From Oopsacas minuta (taxonomy: Eukaryota > Animalia > Porifera), in the NCBI GenBank assembly GCA_024704765.1, contig JAKMXF010000002.1:69221-133220 (forward strand): DNA of 64,000 bases. The letters are read 5' to 3'. Position 1 is the stretch's first letter. Each line of letters opens with the position of its first letter. A program made the position numbers and the translations under genes. Under the pieces are notes generated by a model that saw only the letters and a list, made by a program, of their open reading frames with translations, did no database searches and was not told the DNA's origin. This document shows, piece after piece, positions 1 through 12,971 of this stretch.

Positions 1-2077
1 ACATCTTACTTGCTCATACGTTGGCAGGGAAAGATGTAAAAATAATTAAATCAATATTTAACAAGGCATTTATTGAAAGAAGAATTATTCTTAACAATTG
101 TGGTGATTGTTATGACTAAACTGGGACGAAAGACTAAAAGAGTTAGAACAAGTAGTCATTTTATCCAAATATAAATTTAGAGTGAGTGAAGTTATCCGTT
201 TTGAATACTGCGCTAACCTCACAGTCGCATTGTCCCGTGAAAATTATACAATAATACATACGTAGTATGGAGATTAGACTTAAGAATATTAGATATATAA
301 AAATAGATGAGTATTTGTGGTTTGAATATTCGTTTGTTGTAGCAACATTAGAATGGGAACCAAGAGAAGAGTTATAACTTGTGTTACTTCATGCGTAGAT
401 AACAGTCATGCTCATTAGTATTATGAGATAATCTAGTATTGTACTAGACAATGTGAATAATGATATGGCTAGTGGAAAAACATTATCCAAAAAATTATTT
501 TTTAATATTCATTAAAAGTACTATCGACCTCTGTTTTTATTAAAGGAAATTGAATGATATAATATAAAAGCAGGCGATTCTGAGAAAGAATAATTTTTGA
601 AATTTGACTCTAAATTGAAATTTCGAAAATGCATAAATAACGACAATTATGTCATTTTTAGAACCTCATTGTGACTGTATCTTTCAGAATTTCATGATTA
701 TAGCGACATAATGGTATACATCCCATGTCTCAGCTATCGATTGTTATCAAAATATAATAGTTTGAGTTCGATTTGTGATATCAAATATCAATTTGAACTG
801 ACCCTACTTTTTGTAAAATGATACTTTCCCCCTCCAATATAACTCTGACTTCAGATTGGAATACTTATATCCCTTCTAGTTTTAGGAATTTTTGGATGAA
901 ATATAATTTATATAAACTTCCATGGGTCACAAATATAGACACAAAATTTCAGATTTGAATTCTCACTTTTAGATCGTCGTTTGTAATAGAGAAGCGACCC
1001 TACTCGTCCTGACAAAATAGATAGGTTAAAGTTAAAAATACTTAGGAAAATTGTATTTTATACAACGTCCAACATTCCTCTACCGAATGATATTAATTTC
1101 GGGTAAATCTGATGAGTACAAATAGGACAAATTAGTGATTGAAATGATCCTGGTCGAATATCCTGTAAATTCACAGTCGTTTAATATAGATGAGTTAAAA
1201 TCTCACGGTGAAAAACTGTCCCTGGTCCAATAATACTAATGAATTAAAGTCTCACGCAACAGGCCTACCAAGTGATTATAGATATTGGAACAGAGATGCA
1301 CGACGCGACAGAAGCGTAATTTCATGTAGATGTCCCCTTCATGCAAAAATCACCATTACTGGGTATAAGAAATTATTCTAGGCTATATATTCGTACTCAA
1401 CAGGCATTTGTCGTTTTTCATACATTTTCCTCATTTAAATGCATGATAGTAGTAGTAAACATATGTGTTAATTTCACATTATGATCTCAACAAACGATAC
1501 CTAACTTGTCAAATATTAACTGTAAATAAATCAATTTATCCTTGGGATGTAGAAGCAGTGGTTCATCTAGATATGGAGGGCTCAAAGTGGGCTTAAAATG
1601 GGAGTTAGGAAAGAATGGGTACTTTCATTTGAAATAGACATATATTATGTATTATCGGCATATAGATTATCATACGCTAGGAATCATTTAGTGCATTCAA
1701 TTTTTATAAGGTTTCTATATATCATGTTCTGACGTCATAGCTTTCTGTTGAATTTTTTTTTTTTTTAATATCTGATTGTATAACAATGTTAGCCCTATAA
1801 ATTGTATTACTTGGGTATAGTATTTCATAGCCATGGAAGCAATTACAACTGTTACAATTTCAAAATTACTCATGATTTTATAAAATGACGTAATACACAA
1901 TTTTTCATAATTTTTGCTTTGTACTTCATACTTCTCAATGCGTTTTTAGAATTTATTAATATCTTTTTGCTAATATATATATCAATTCTGACAATTTTTG
2001 GATAGAAATAATAAGCACTTATATTAAGAGATGTTTATTTGTATTATATATTTGCTAACATTCAGCAAACTACGTTG

Positions 2078-3270
2078 TTACAATATCATATCAATAATAA
2101 GGCCCTTAACGATATTATCAATAGATGATTCTAATAAATCTCTTGCATTGTGTCTACAGCACTTATCTCTTCGGGTATGGCCGTGTCCTCTGCACTTTTC
2201 GCATACCACTGTCGATCAATATTTCATTAACACTGGATCGCATTCAGATGAAAGTCTGACAAATATATCAACGACATTATCCTAGAAGGAAAATTTCCTT
2301 GCCAGATTTTCCCTTTATTTCTGAATAATTTGTTGCAAGCTTCTGATCCTTCTTCGCTAAAGCATTTCAATCAATACCCAAATTTCATTTCTCTCAGTAT
2401 TTCTTCAGAATGGGGTAGTAGTTTATGTAAAGTTGGTGTAATGTTCACCCAGAGGAAGGATTGAACTATAAGGAGATAGGTGTCTGTACAAAGGTTACCC
2501 AATTCTTCTGTATTGATTTTCTGTCTGAATTCACGATTCTCAGAATGACAGATAATTGTGTGTGCAATTTACAAAGGGAGTCCCTATGATCAATCTTAAC
2601 CAAAGACCTTGCGCATTCAATAAACTTGGAATCGTTTGAAAAAGCTCTTTGAGCCACACCACAGTGGAAGTAGTGCCTCCTTTGGGGTCTGGTTGGTCAA
2701 TTCTTAGACCTGTTACGTCTTGAATTATGGTTCGCACATCCGTCATAGAGTCTTTAATTTCTTTTGATGATGGTGACCATGTGAGTGTATTACAATTCAG
2801 TGGTACACAAGTAAATTAAACCATCTAAAAATGTACGTATAGAAATGTAAGGTAGAAGCATAAAGAATATCTATTGTTGATAATGGTTGGTGAGTCAGGT
2901 TAAATCTTTGATTAGTTGGTAATGAAAAGAAAGCATCAATGTCTTCGAGTTCTCCAAGCAATTGAAGCTCCTGAGAGAATACTTACCATTTTACCATCAA
3001 GCATTGATCGGACAACATCGACAAATATATGTTTATCATCGGCAAAATAGAAACCTTGGTTCTTCATTGATCTGTTTCGGGATTGACGATATCTTTCATA
3101 AATTGGCGAATATTGTCATGATTATCTGTGGCAGGCGCAAGAAGGAAAATTGGACGTTGGGAGAATGGAGAATTCGGGCAGTTGTTTTCCAAATTTCCTT
3201 TCCACTAGAATTGACAATGTGTACTGCTTTAATAGAAAAGTGTGAAAATCGGATTCAACATATTAGATAT
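2078..3270 (-). pseudogene. Transib/RAG1-like DDE transposase remnant (C-terminal two thirds; multiple frameshifts and stops)
   Basis: Manual minus-strand translation across frameshifts gives PNSPFSQRPIFLL, RSMLDGKM (D codon 2996-2998), STLHFY, GGTTST.VAQRAFS, LSVILRIVNS, ITPTLHKLLPHSEEIL (2407-2442), FSEEGSEACNKLFR (2323-2358), NLARKFSF, RLSSECDP and CEKCRGHGHTRRDKC. These follow the Transib/RAG1 motif order (RAG1 PNSELCCKP, YDEK, HKTLAH, SEGNESGNKLFR). First catalytic Asp and TIRs not found. Confidence 0.85.
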
Positions 3271-5193
3271 ATTTTGGGAAGTTTTATTGAATCCTATTAA
3301 GGATTCTAATATAAGTGACGGAATGACAATCTGTTAGTAGTGCTTAAGAAAGTTATAATAATGCATAACTATTGACTATTACTAACCACATATTTATGCT
3401 TTGATGTCTAATATATATGAATCTCGAATATAAGAATAATATAGGTAGCTTTCAATACTCATCAAAGAACAAATCATAATCTATATATATTCAAATTCAA
3501 GTTCCTATAATTTTAATAGAAATATTTTTGAAGACTTATCCTGACAACAGTGTTAACATGCATGAAGTGGTGTAACTCTATACTAATGAATGAACTAATA
3601 GTAAATACTACTCGTTTTAACTTTACATTACAAATTTTCATTCTAAGAGGGGTAAAAAGACACGACCTCCAAAATGGCCAAAATATCAAGAATCTATTAA
3701 ATTTTAGACACATACTTCGTTTCCTTCTTTAGCAGTCCTTGTTAAGTAGCTTCTTGCTTTTGCTTAGGGTATTATCAGTATCTGTAATTTAATAATTGGA
3801 TACCAGTCTACATATGCATGGCCTTTTCAGGAAAGTCGAAATATATTCCATAATAGTTAATTCTTAAACCTAGCTCGAAGTTTTGGTTCAGTTTCATATT
3901 CTATATTCTTATCCATAGTACAAATAATAAATAATTACATTTACTAAGGTTATGAGTGTACATAAATATTTTCTTCATAAATGCCTCTATTCCCTGATAT
4001 GGAGCCAAATTTTTGGGACCCGTGACCTAAGTAACATACTAAATGGTGCAGCTTGGCCTACGACCTACTTAAATATAATACTGTTTAAGTAACCGAGAAG
4101 GCTAACAGCAAATGTGTTTTTATCACTTATCTCCAGAAATATATGTTTTAGAGCAGTGGTATGTATTAATGACATATAGGGATATGACAGCAAAGTATGT
4201 ATTTCTATTGTGAATCAGGATATCTCATCATATGGTTTCGTAAGATCTATTTTAAAAACGAAGAATGTTGCATTTCAAACTATGTTTAAACCATGTCTTT
4301 AGTGTTTTTGGTGCTTGACAGTTTTATATATATATGGAACATGTGACCAAATCCTAAATATGGGTTAGTTACATCCAAACATGTCCCCTTATCCCTCCTT
4401 TTGGTATGTCCCTTTATCTATGAAATGGATGCACTTGTTTTAGGTAACATATAATGAGAGATTGTGTTTATTTATTTATCATAAGGGGGCACTTTTTACG
4501 TTGCATACATACTACACGAAATCTGCGAATAGAGGCACTACGTACTACGGCAGATTTTATTCCATTCTCATCTAGTATGTATTAGTGCGATAAATTCAGG
4601 AAACATTTATCCCAGGACGAATTCTCTTTCATGGGTAAGAACACTATTTTCGTACTTTCAAGAATTTTGTCGGACACACTTCCCCTACCTACCATATAAT
4701 CCACTACTCCATATGTATAATATATTGATCCTCTTCTATTGCTTATAATTATCACCATAATATGGCTGTAATATTACCATTATCATAATGTCTTCATAAT
4801 ATTTCTCATTCTAGTTTGACAAGGCAATAGTGAATATTTTAGATTTTTTGAGATTTTCGAGGCTCTGATAGTAGCCTTAACTATATAAGGATACTTTTGT
4901 GTAAAATTTGTTTTCAATATTGCATATTCAACTAGACAATTTTTAGATATTTTTCTTGCAATATTCTTTGTTGTTTACTCCATATATAGTGACCTGGTCG
5001 AGTATTTATAATATTGATTTCATGTAAGATTTATCATTGTGAATTAAATATTATAAATTTAGTTTTGTAACCACAAAAGATACCTAATAACTACTCTAAA
5101 TACCCAAGAGAATACTAAATATAGACTATATCGTACAGACTAGAATACAAATAACAAGTATGTATGTATGATGTATGTGTACATTTGTATATA

Positions 5194-5622
5194 TAGTCAA
5201 ACTTTCTTAACGGCCATCTCTGTATAACGGTCACCTGCACATAGCGGCAACTTAATAACAGTCCGCTACAATTTACCTCTCTATAGCGGCCACCAATTTT
5301 GGTCCGTTACTGACGCTAAACCTGTTTATAAGGGCCACTTCCTCTATATACCGGCCAGTTTCTTTACCTAACGGCCACTATATATAGTGGTCGCCTCCAA
5401 TAAGGGGTACCTTGGGTGACAAGTACCTTTGGTGGCCAACCTTAACTACTTCCACCATAATATCTTAATTATAGGTAACTTGTCTTTTCTCTATATCAAC
5501 ACCATTAACATAAATTACTACCACACTAATGTACAACAGTCAACCACCCTATAGCTGCCACCTGTATATAACCGCCACTTTTGGCCAGTACCTCTGGTGG
5601 CAGTTATAGACAAGTTTGACTG
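5194..5622. mobile_element. Non-autonomous pogo/Tigger-type MITE
   Basis: Ends TA-TAGTCAAAC...GTTTGACTG; internal repeated TATAxxGGCCAC-type motifs; a related copy lies in opposite orientation at 24209-24592. Confidence 0.7.
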
Positions 5623-6076
5623 TTTGAGTTTATATGTCCAAAATTGATTGAAGGAACTGTTACCCCACAGTTGATTCCTGGCCTGGGTCAGAAATTCGAG
5701 TATTGGAAGAATTTTCGCACCTTGAAATTATAACGTAATTTTCACCATTTCTGAACTTTCGAAAAGTTACATTAATGGCCACTGCCCTAGATAAATAATT
5801 GATAGAAGTGTTAAAATTTATCGCAGGTAACTCTCGATGTGTTAAATAAGCTGACATGACATTCACTAAATGCAAACTCATCACGGGAGTATTACGTGAT
5901 TTTACGTCATCGTTATAATGCCAACAGTTGAAAATATAACAAATTTCGATATTTTTTGATAATTTAATCTTCATCGAGGCTCATAGTGCCGAGATAAATA
6001 TCACAAAGCTGTGTAGCAACATCAGTGTCTCGACAGGAGGTAATAAGGGCTTAGTGCACATTAAGATAAAGTTCTA

Positions 6077-7368
6077 CAAGGGTTGTTCAATAAGTAATGA
6101 AACTAATGCATCGAATTCATATTCTAGTTAATACAGCTCTAAGCCTAATATCAGATTACAAGCCTAACTTGATTGTCTAACTTCTATACAATATAGTCTT
6201 TGCTCTACTAGCATATTCTTCAGTATATAGTTTCATTTGTATAGGCTACTTTTGACAACTAATGGATTTTGGCAAAGAAGTTAGACGACAAATAATTTGG
6301 TACCTGTGGAAAAGAGGAAGGCTGGCTCATACATTCTTCGTGAAATGCAGGATATTTTTGGTGATGAACATCCTTCGAAAGCCACCATATATAGATGGAT
6401 CGAACGTTTTGATAATGGCGATGAGGAACTCCACGATGATCCTCGTCCAGGCAGTCCAACTTCCTCCCAAAAACCGCAGTAGTGTCGAGAGGGTCCAAAC
6501 AATTTTGGATGAGGACAGACGAATAACCCTGAGAGAGTTAGAAGAGAGGTAGGCATATAAAAGTGACACTACACTCGATTATCACTGAAGATCTGGAAAT
6601 GTCAAAGGTAACTACACGTTGGGTCCCAAAAACTTATTTCGAAAGAACAAAAACGCGAAAGGGTCAGAGTTGGCAAAGAATTACTTTCAAGATACAAGGC
6701 AGAGGAAGACTTTTTGGATCGTATAGTGACGGGGGATAAACTTGGTTTCATTATTATGAACCAGAGAGCAAAACTCAATCGAACAGTGGAAGAGACGTGA
6801 TGAACCTGGACCCATCAAGGTAAAGGCCGCAAAATCAGCAGGGAAGAGAATGGCAACAGTATTTTGAGATAGGGAAGGAATTATACACCTTGACTGATTG
6901 CTTGAGAAGACAACCATAAACAGTGATTATTACGTTGACGAATTGAAAGAATTGAGTCAAGCGATTAAACGTGAGAGGCGAGGCAAGTTGACACTTGGCG
7001 TATTGCTGCAACATGACAACGCAAGGCCCCATGTAAGCTCCAAGACAATGGCTGCAATTGACGACTTAGGATACGAATGCCTCCCTCATCCCCCCATATA
7101 GTCCAGACCTGGCTTCCAGCGACTACTGACTGTTTGGAGAGATGAAGAGACCTCTTCGAGGGAAGAGATTTCAGGATATCAAACGGCTGGAGTATGAAAT
7201 AAAACAGTGGGAAAAAGGAGCCCCTAAAGAATTCTATGCCACTTGGCTGGAAAAGTTACCAGAACGAATGGAAACGATGTATAAAGCTAAAGGGGGAATT
7301 TATCGAAACATTTGATGATCAATTATGAATTATGAAAACAAGTCTCATTATTTATTGAACAACCCTTG
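6077..7368 (+). mobile_element. Full-length mariner (DD34D) transposon with disrupted transposase
   Basis: 28-bp TIRs CAAGGGTTGTTCAATAAGTAATGAAACT (6077-6104) and 7341-7368 (2 mismatches), TA on both sides, 1292 bp. Transposase pieces from 6262 show WVPK, GDET-like, HDNARPH and YSPDLASSD motifs, with 34 residues between the last two Asp. Confidence 0.95.
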
Positions 7369-7610
7369 TAGTTGAAAGTTAGGGTATATGTAAAGGCATA
7401 CACAAATCGTCTGAAGTGTAACATGAGCATTCGGGCAAATTTCTTTCGTCAGACCAGAATTGTTCAAGACGTCCTTTGAGGGTAAACAATGAAGGAGTAG
7501 ATACAACGTGCAAGTCAATTTGTTCCATAGCTTCACTGTTCTTTCTGCAAAAAAGTTAGATCACATTTTGATTAGGTGGCTTGTTGCATGGAGGCAACAA
7601 TACGAGGGAG

Positions 7611-7690
7611 CAATGGCGTAACAATAGGCGGTTCATTGAACCAGGGCCCCGATGTCCAGAGGGCCTCCTAAACTTTAATTCAAATTTGGT
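7611..7690 (+). mobile_element. hAT-type left end
   Basis: CAATGGCGTAAC (7611-7622) is an 11/12 inverted match to GTTACGCCACTG at 15645-15656; GGGCCCC subterminal motif follows. Confidence 0.55.
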
Positions 7691-7952
7691 ATACGCAGAA
7701 TTTCTGATAAACTTTAATCACATTGAATTAATTAAATATAATTATTCCAAGATCGGCAGAACCCGTTTCTTCTTATCAACTTTTCGCCTTGGCCTGTACG
7801 ATTCCATGTGTGATGTCACCTGAGTACTTTAATTTGCTTTCGCCCGGCCTGTAACAATCATGTTATTGAAATAATATTATCATGTTATCTAATCATAAAC
7901 ATCTAAAATACATTAGCACAACTGTACAATATTACACTACTCCTACTATGTG

Positions 7953-8338
7953 ACAAGAATAGCTGTACATCGATGTTTGAGCGTCTAAGATTCAAAAAAT
8001 TTTCTGAGTGACTTGACCATAAGACCCCCATGATGATCCTGGATACGCCACTGAATAAGAATAGATATCTTAGCAAAACGTTCTTATATTATGTTTTGTT
8101 TCATCTAAGTACAAGAATAGTATACGTATATGTATACCATTATAGGCTTAATGGCTTTGTGACAAGTGTAGAGATCCATGCGTCTGAAAACCATCCTTAC
8201 ATGTGAGAAGGTGGGTTTTGAATTTGGAAGAACATATAAAAGCTCCGAAACTCATGAAATTGTGAATTATAGTTTGTCCAGATGGGGCTTCGCCCATAAT
8301 TAGGAACTGGGGGGCCCCAAACCTTAGTTACGCCCCTG
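7953..8338 (+). repeat. ~386-bp dispersed repeat, copy 1 (contains two hAT-like right ends)
   Basis: Aligns with 15271-15656 at roughly 92-93% by eye; contains GGATACGCCACTG (ends 8053) and GTTACGCCCCTG (ends 8338). Confidence 0.9.
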
Positions 8339-9594
8339 TAAATAGGTTAGCATTAACACAAGTTTCAAACATGTTTACGCTTAGTTGCTCTCAAAATTCT
8401 CTTAATGACTTGAAAAATGAAAACAAGATTTGTAAATGTAAAATGTGAATAAATCTATCTATCTATGGCCTATGAAAATATGAAGGTAATGCAGCAATTT
8501 GTACAAGTTTGGTCTAATTGATCCATTGTCGATAATTTGTTAGACAATAATTAGGAGGAATAGACATAGCTTGGTGCCCAATAAATAGATATTCATACCG
8601 CTGTGTTCATTGGCGCCAAGCTTTAGGAAAAAAAATCAAACCTGGGCTGGTCAGCCTACGAAATTGGCGATATCTATATGTAAATTTCACAAAATACAGT
8701 TTCTGCCTCTGAACCCTGGAGGTCCAGACCCCCAATTACCCAAACTTGGAGCTTATGTCTGTGTTGCTCTCGCTCGATAAATTCCTGTGAATTTCCATAG
8801 TTGCTTGAGTCTGTTTCAAGGGCGTAGACTCATGGTATGATTGGTAGAGAGGCTTTATGCCATGTAACAAGATTGGTAGGGTCACCCATACATTTTTGTG
8901 TTACTTTATATGGATAAAATACAAATATTGATAGGGCCATAGCCTTGCCAACCCTACCGGAGCCTACGCCCATGATGGTTATTCATTATGCAATCCTATT
9001 CCTCAGATCATTGTTAGCGTCTACGCCGGTAGAACCGATAGTATACGTAAGCATATTCGCCAACATTCTACAGGATCTCTGGATTATCCCGAGATACCAA
9101 ATTCAGGTAATGGTTTCATATTTCTGGTTATTTTCCGATGAAATATGGAAAAATCAACAGGGCATCGGAGCAATGAGTGTTAAGTTAGTGGAGTTGCAGT
9201 AGCGAAATGTGAGTACAACTTAACACTTAATATATCAGTCAATTTCCTATCAATTCATCTGAAATTTGTTGAGAATCTCAATCCAGTATGGGGTTTTCCT
9301 CCAATTCAATAATTAATACCTATCACGCCACAATGATGTTGCAAATTTTTAAACCTAATCTTCATAGTCAGGGTTTCTTCTAAGATTGTTTGGAAGGGGG
9401 GAATTCTGATACGTTTTCAGGTAAAAGAGGAAATCAGGTAATATTATTACTAATTTTCATTTCTTAAAATAGGAAATATAATAATTGACACTTCTGAAAG
9501 TCGCCATTTGACAGGATACAATCTAAAAATTTACGTTCTGATATAAAACAGATCCTCTGCAATATAGCATACCACATTATTATTGTCTAAGTAT

Positions 9595-10560
9595 ATGGAT
9601 CTTGACCATTTCTTCGCAGCCTTACATTCTTCAAAATCACCTGTTAGTTCTAGCTGCAGTGAGAAAGATTAATTCCCTGATGATATTGAAACCTAAGAAT
9701 CAGATCCTCCTCCTAAAAAATACTGATTAGGAAATATATGCAATCAAGTTAGCAGAAATACAACAAGAAGGGGGAAAGGATTTCTTATGGCTGGAAAATG
9801 ACCACGACTAGGAAGAAGCCTTTTGTAAAATTATTCGAGTGCATGAGTCACAATCTCTTCAAAGACCGGAAATGTATGGACTACAAAACAATTTAAGAAT
9901 CGGAAGAAGGCAGTGGAAGAGATAAGAGCACATTCTAAGAGCAATTCTCATATTCGACACCCAGTATCAGAATTATTAGCTGCCCAAATGGTGACGGTCG
10001 GTCCGTAGTTCAGCAGTTACATGTTTTACGAGAACAAGAAAGGATAACAAATAGAGTGGGCATCAAGTCTTTACATCGTTTTACTCATCTCCGTGCACCA
10101 GCACATTTCCTACACTACAAATTTTAATAAGGTGATTGAGTTGATCATATCCTGTGGAGGTGAAGATCTGAATAATTTTTCTGAAAGGGCTGGTAGAAAT
10201 GCTAGTTACAATTCAACAGATACTGTTTTTGATTTCGTTGAGCCCATAGGGACCTGGATTGAAGAGTCTCAACTCAAACGTCATAATATGGAAAATACTT
10301 TAGATAATTGGCAGATGAGCGCATTGACGTTGCAACTATTGAGGAGTTTTCTATATTCTGTGGGTGGGTCGAAAGTGGAGAACCTTTTGAACACTTTTTA
10401 GAAATCATTCCATTGAAAAGAGCAGATGCTCAATCTATATATTCCATTATGAATGATAATTTGAAAGAAAAGAACATTCAAAACAGTAAGCTTGTGGGCA
10501 TTGACTTTGATGGAGCAGCATCCCTTTCTTGGAAGAACACAGGGTACAAGCAAGGATGAA
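9595..10560 (+). pseudogene. hAT (ZMYM1/DUF4371-like) transposase fragment
   Basis: ORF pieces 10093-10401 and 10308-10559 carry MADERIDVATIEEFSIF, FLEIIPLKRADAQSI and LVGIDFDGAASL, matching hAT DExxD...DGA motifs; truncated at about 10560. Confidence 0.8.
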
Positions 10561-11950
10561 GAATAATTCACCAAATGCTCTCTTTTTGTATAGGGTGTCT
10601 CCAAAGTTCAGATACAAACCATTTTGTGTTTCTCCACCGAGAACATGATTTCTCTCCAGTAGGACAGCCAGAATGATCCCCTGCCACATTATCTACCAGT
10701 ATATGTAGAGCAGAACATAGCTTGATTGATGCTAAACCACGGTGTTGATAGATGACAGTAGAGTAATTTGCGGCGATAGAATCAGCCATCCATTCAGGTG
10801 GTACATAAGTAGTATTTATCGTGCTTCTCTTCTTCTTCAGACGCTTGACTACATGCGTTTTACATTCCTCTTTCCGAATCTTCACAAGATTGTATGGATT
10901 TGGTTCATCCACTTGCTGAAAACTTCTTGAATATCCCTATCTGACAAAATCCGAGTATGCCAGGTGATTCTTCTCCAAGGAGCGTCCCTAAATCCTGTTG
11001 GCTATTTCTGGCTCCATACCTTGAGAATATCCAGTATAGTTTCGAATACAGTTTGGATTATGACATTCTAACCACACCTCGTACTCGGCTGAGCGGTCTT
11101 TCCGTTTCTCCTCTGTCTAGATAGAGCACTTCTCACAGAGACGGCTGGTGATTTCGTAGTCCAGTACCTTCTTGGTGTCGGTAGAGATAAGAGCACCGAA
11201 ACATATGCTGAAATATAATCCTCTGGTTTTCCAAGAGCTATCGAAGCTGACGGCTACGTTGGTAGCGTTAGAATCAGGTGATACTTCGCAGTCTGACCTT
11301 TGGGGTAGCTGTTCAGCCGCATCAGACATGGCAGTCCCTACTGCAACTTTTATAACAGCTTCCAGACTGTTCAGATATGGAGATGTCATGCTCTGAACTG
11401 GTGGGGGAAATCAAATATTGTAAATAGTTTGTGAAAGTTACGCCACGAAATAACAGCAATGAATTATCATTGATTAATCATATCTGAGGAGAATCCGTTT
11501 ATAATTCAGTGGATCAATGTCGCTTATGACATGTTCGATATTAACATAAGCATTCCTTTGTAGATGCATGGGTGCTAGTCCGGCTAAACATATTGTGTTC
11601 CACAACCATTATTCAGCCTTTTCAGTGTGCTAAGAGAACTTTCTGCAGTTGCAGTGGATGCAGACATTGTTGCCAAATATTCAGTGCACTGCAGATGTCT
11701 GAAAATGTGTAGACATACAAACTAGTTTCACACGCAGTTTGTGGTTAATCATTCTATGAAATTGTACACCATTTCTCCAAATATTCAGTTCCTTCTTCAT
11801 CATACTCACATCCTGATCTATAGGCATCGAATATATCCCTACAATTTGAGAAATCTGTATCTTGATAAGATACTTCTGATCGATCAATAGAAGATGGCTG
11901 GCTGCTATTACCGAGGTGAAAAAATATTGCGTTCTTTTGAAAACGAACGT
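10560..11950 (-). pseudogene. Degraded metazoan 'Mutator-like' family transposase
   Basis: VSFDSSWKTRG...LISTDTKKVLDYEITSRLCEKC (11117-11389), GMEPEIANRI.GRS, EECKTHVVKRL and CPTGEKS (10568-10912) match the DGxWxxRG / ECxxHVxKR transposase family. Ends not identified. Confidence 0.75.
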
Positions 11951-12971
11951 ATAAGGGTGTTTTTATAATTACGCCGCATTGATAAGAGATATATATGATA
12001 TAGAAATGTATTATATAGGCAGGCAAGTCTGATATATACAATATATTGGCTATCCTCAATTGGCACAAATTATGGAGGTATAAGTGGATATTCACGAAAC
12101 ATGCCCCATCCCTGGTCTCAACTGTAACTTCGAAACATGCAAACTTTTTGATGACAAATTTTGCATTATCTACAGAAACTGTTTTAGATAACTTTGTATA
12201 TCAACATCTTGGTCATATATCAATATATTGAACGTTCTAGATGGAGTATCATATAAAATATTTGCCATTTACGCTAAAAAATAAGGTTGTTTGGATCTGA
12301 AATGTGGTTTTGGCGAAATATCAATACATTTATTGGGGTATTATGCTCAAGTTCCGTATTAACAGCGATTATAGAATTGCTCATCAATATATATCAACTT
12401 TCTTCTATCCCTGGCTCAAAAGTAATGAACAGGCCTTGTCTATAATAGGCTATGCTATTGTGTAAATTACAAAAACATGGATTCCATCCATGGTGTACTG
12501 TTGCCTACAGTCTCGAGGCATTGTGGAATTTAAACTACCACTAGGATTAAAGATATGAAATGTTTAACAATAAAAAACCTTTGTAGGCCCACGAGTTTCA
12601 AAATAAGACCTTGATAGAATAGCTCATTAGTGCGAATTCTATTGTAACTTTCCAAGGAAAATATTGAAATAATAAAGAATTACAATCAGTTTTCACAACA
12701 TACAATTCTGGTGGCTCAAATCTAAGTCTCGTTGTGGTAAGTATTCACAAAATTGGCTCCAGAATTTAGTCATCCGACCGGCTCAATTAACCTTAGTTCA
12801 AGGATATAGCACCTAAGATTACGATTCGCAGCCGATCCAATAATTTGTATTACGAAAACCGAATTTCAGGAATGAACAAAATGATATTTAAAATGGAAAA
12901 TATTGAAAACAAATCATGAATTGTAATAATTCATATGAATCAATAAATACAAAACTATCTTTAACAACTTG

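Noticed and set aside
1-1900. Possible convergent RAG2-like gene downstream of the RAG1-like fossil (ProtoRAG layout)
   Set aside because: No kelch-repeat or PHD-like sequence recognisable in plus-strand frames; the region is AT-rich with short ORFs. A sensitive HMM search is needed to exclude a decayed copy.
2962-3300. 112-aa plus-strand ORF
   Set aside because: Antisense shadow of the RAG1/Transib-like remnant; no motif of its own.
5035-5041. CATTGTG (reverse complement CACAATG) as an RSS-heptamer-like TIR for the RAG1-like element; also CACAGTC at about 219 and 1166
   Set aside because: No extended inverted match or 5-bp TSD between candidates; such 7-mers are expected by chance.
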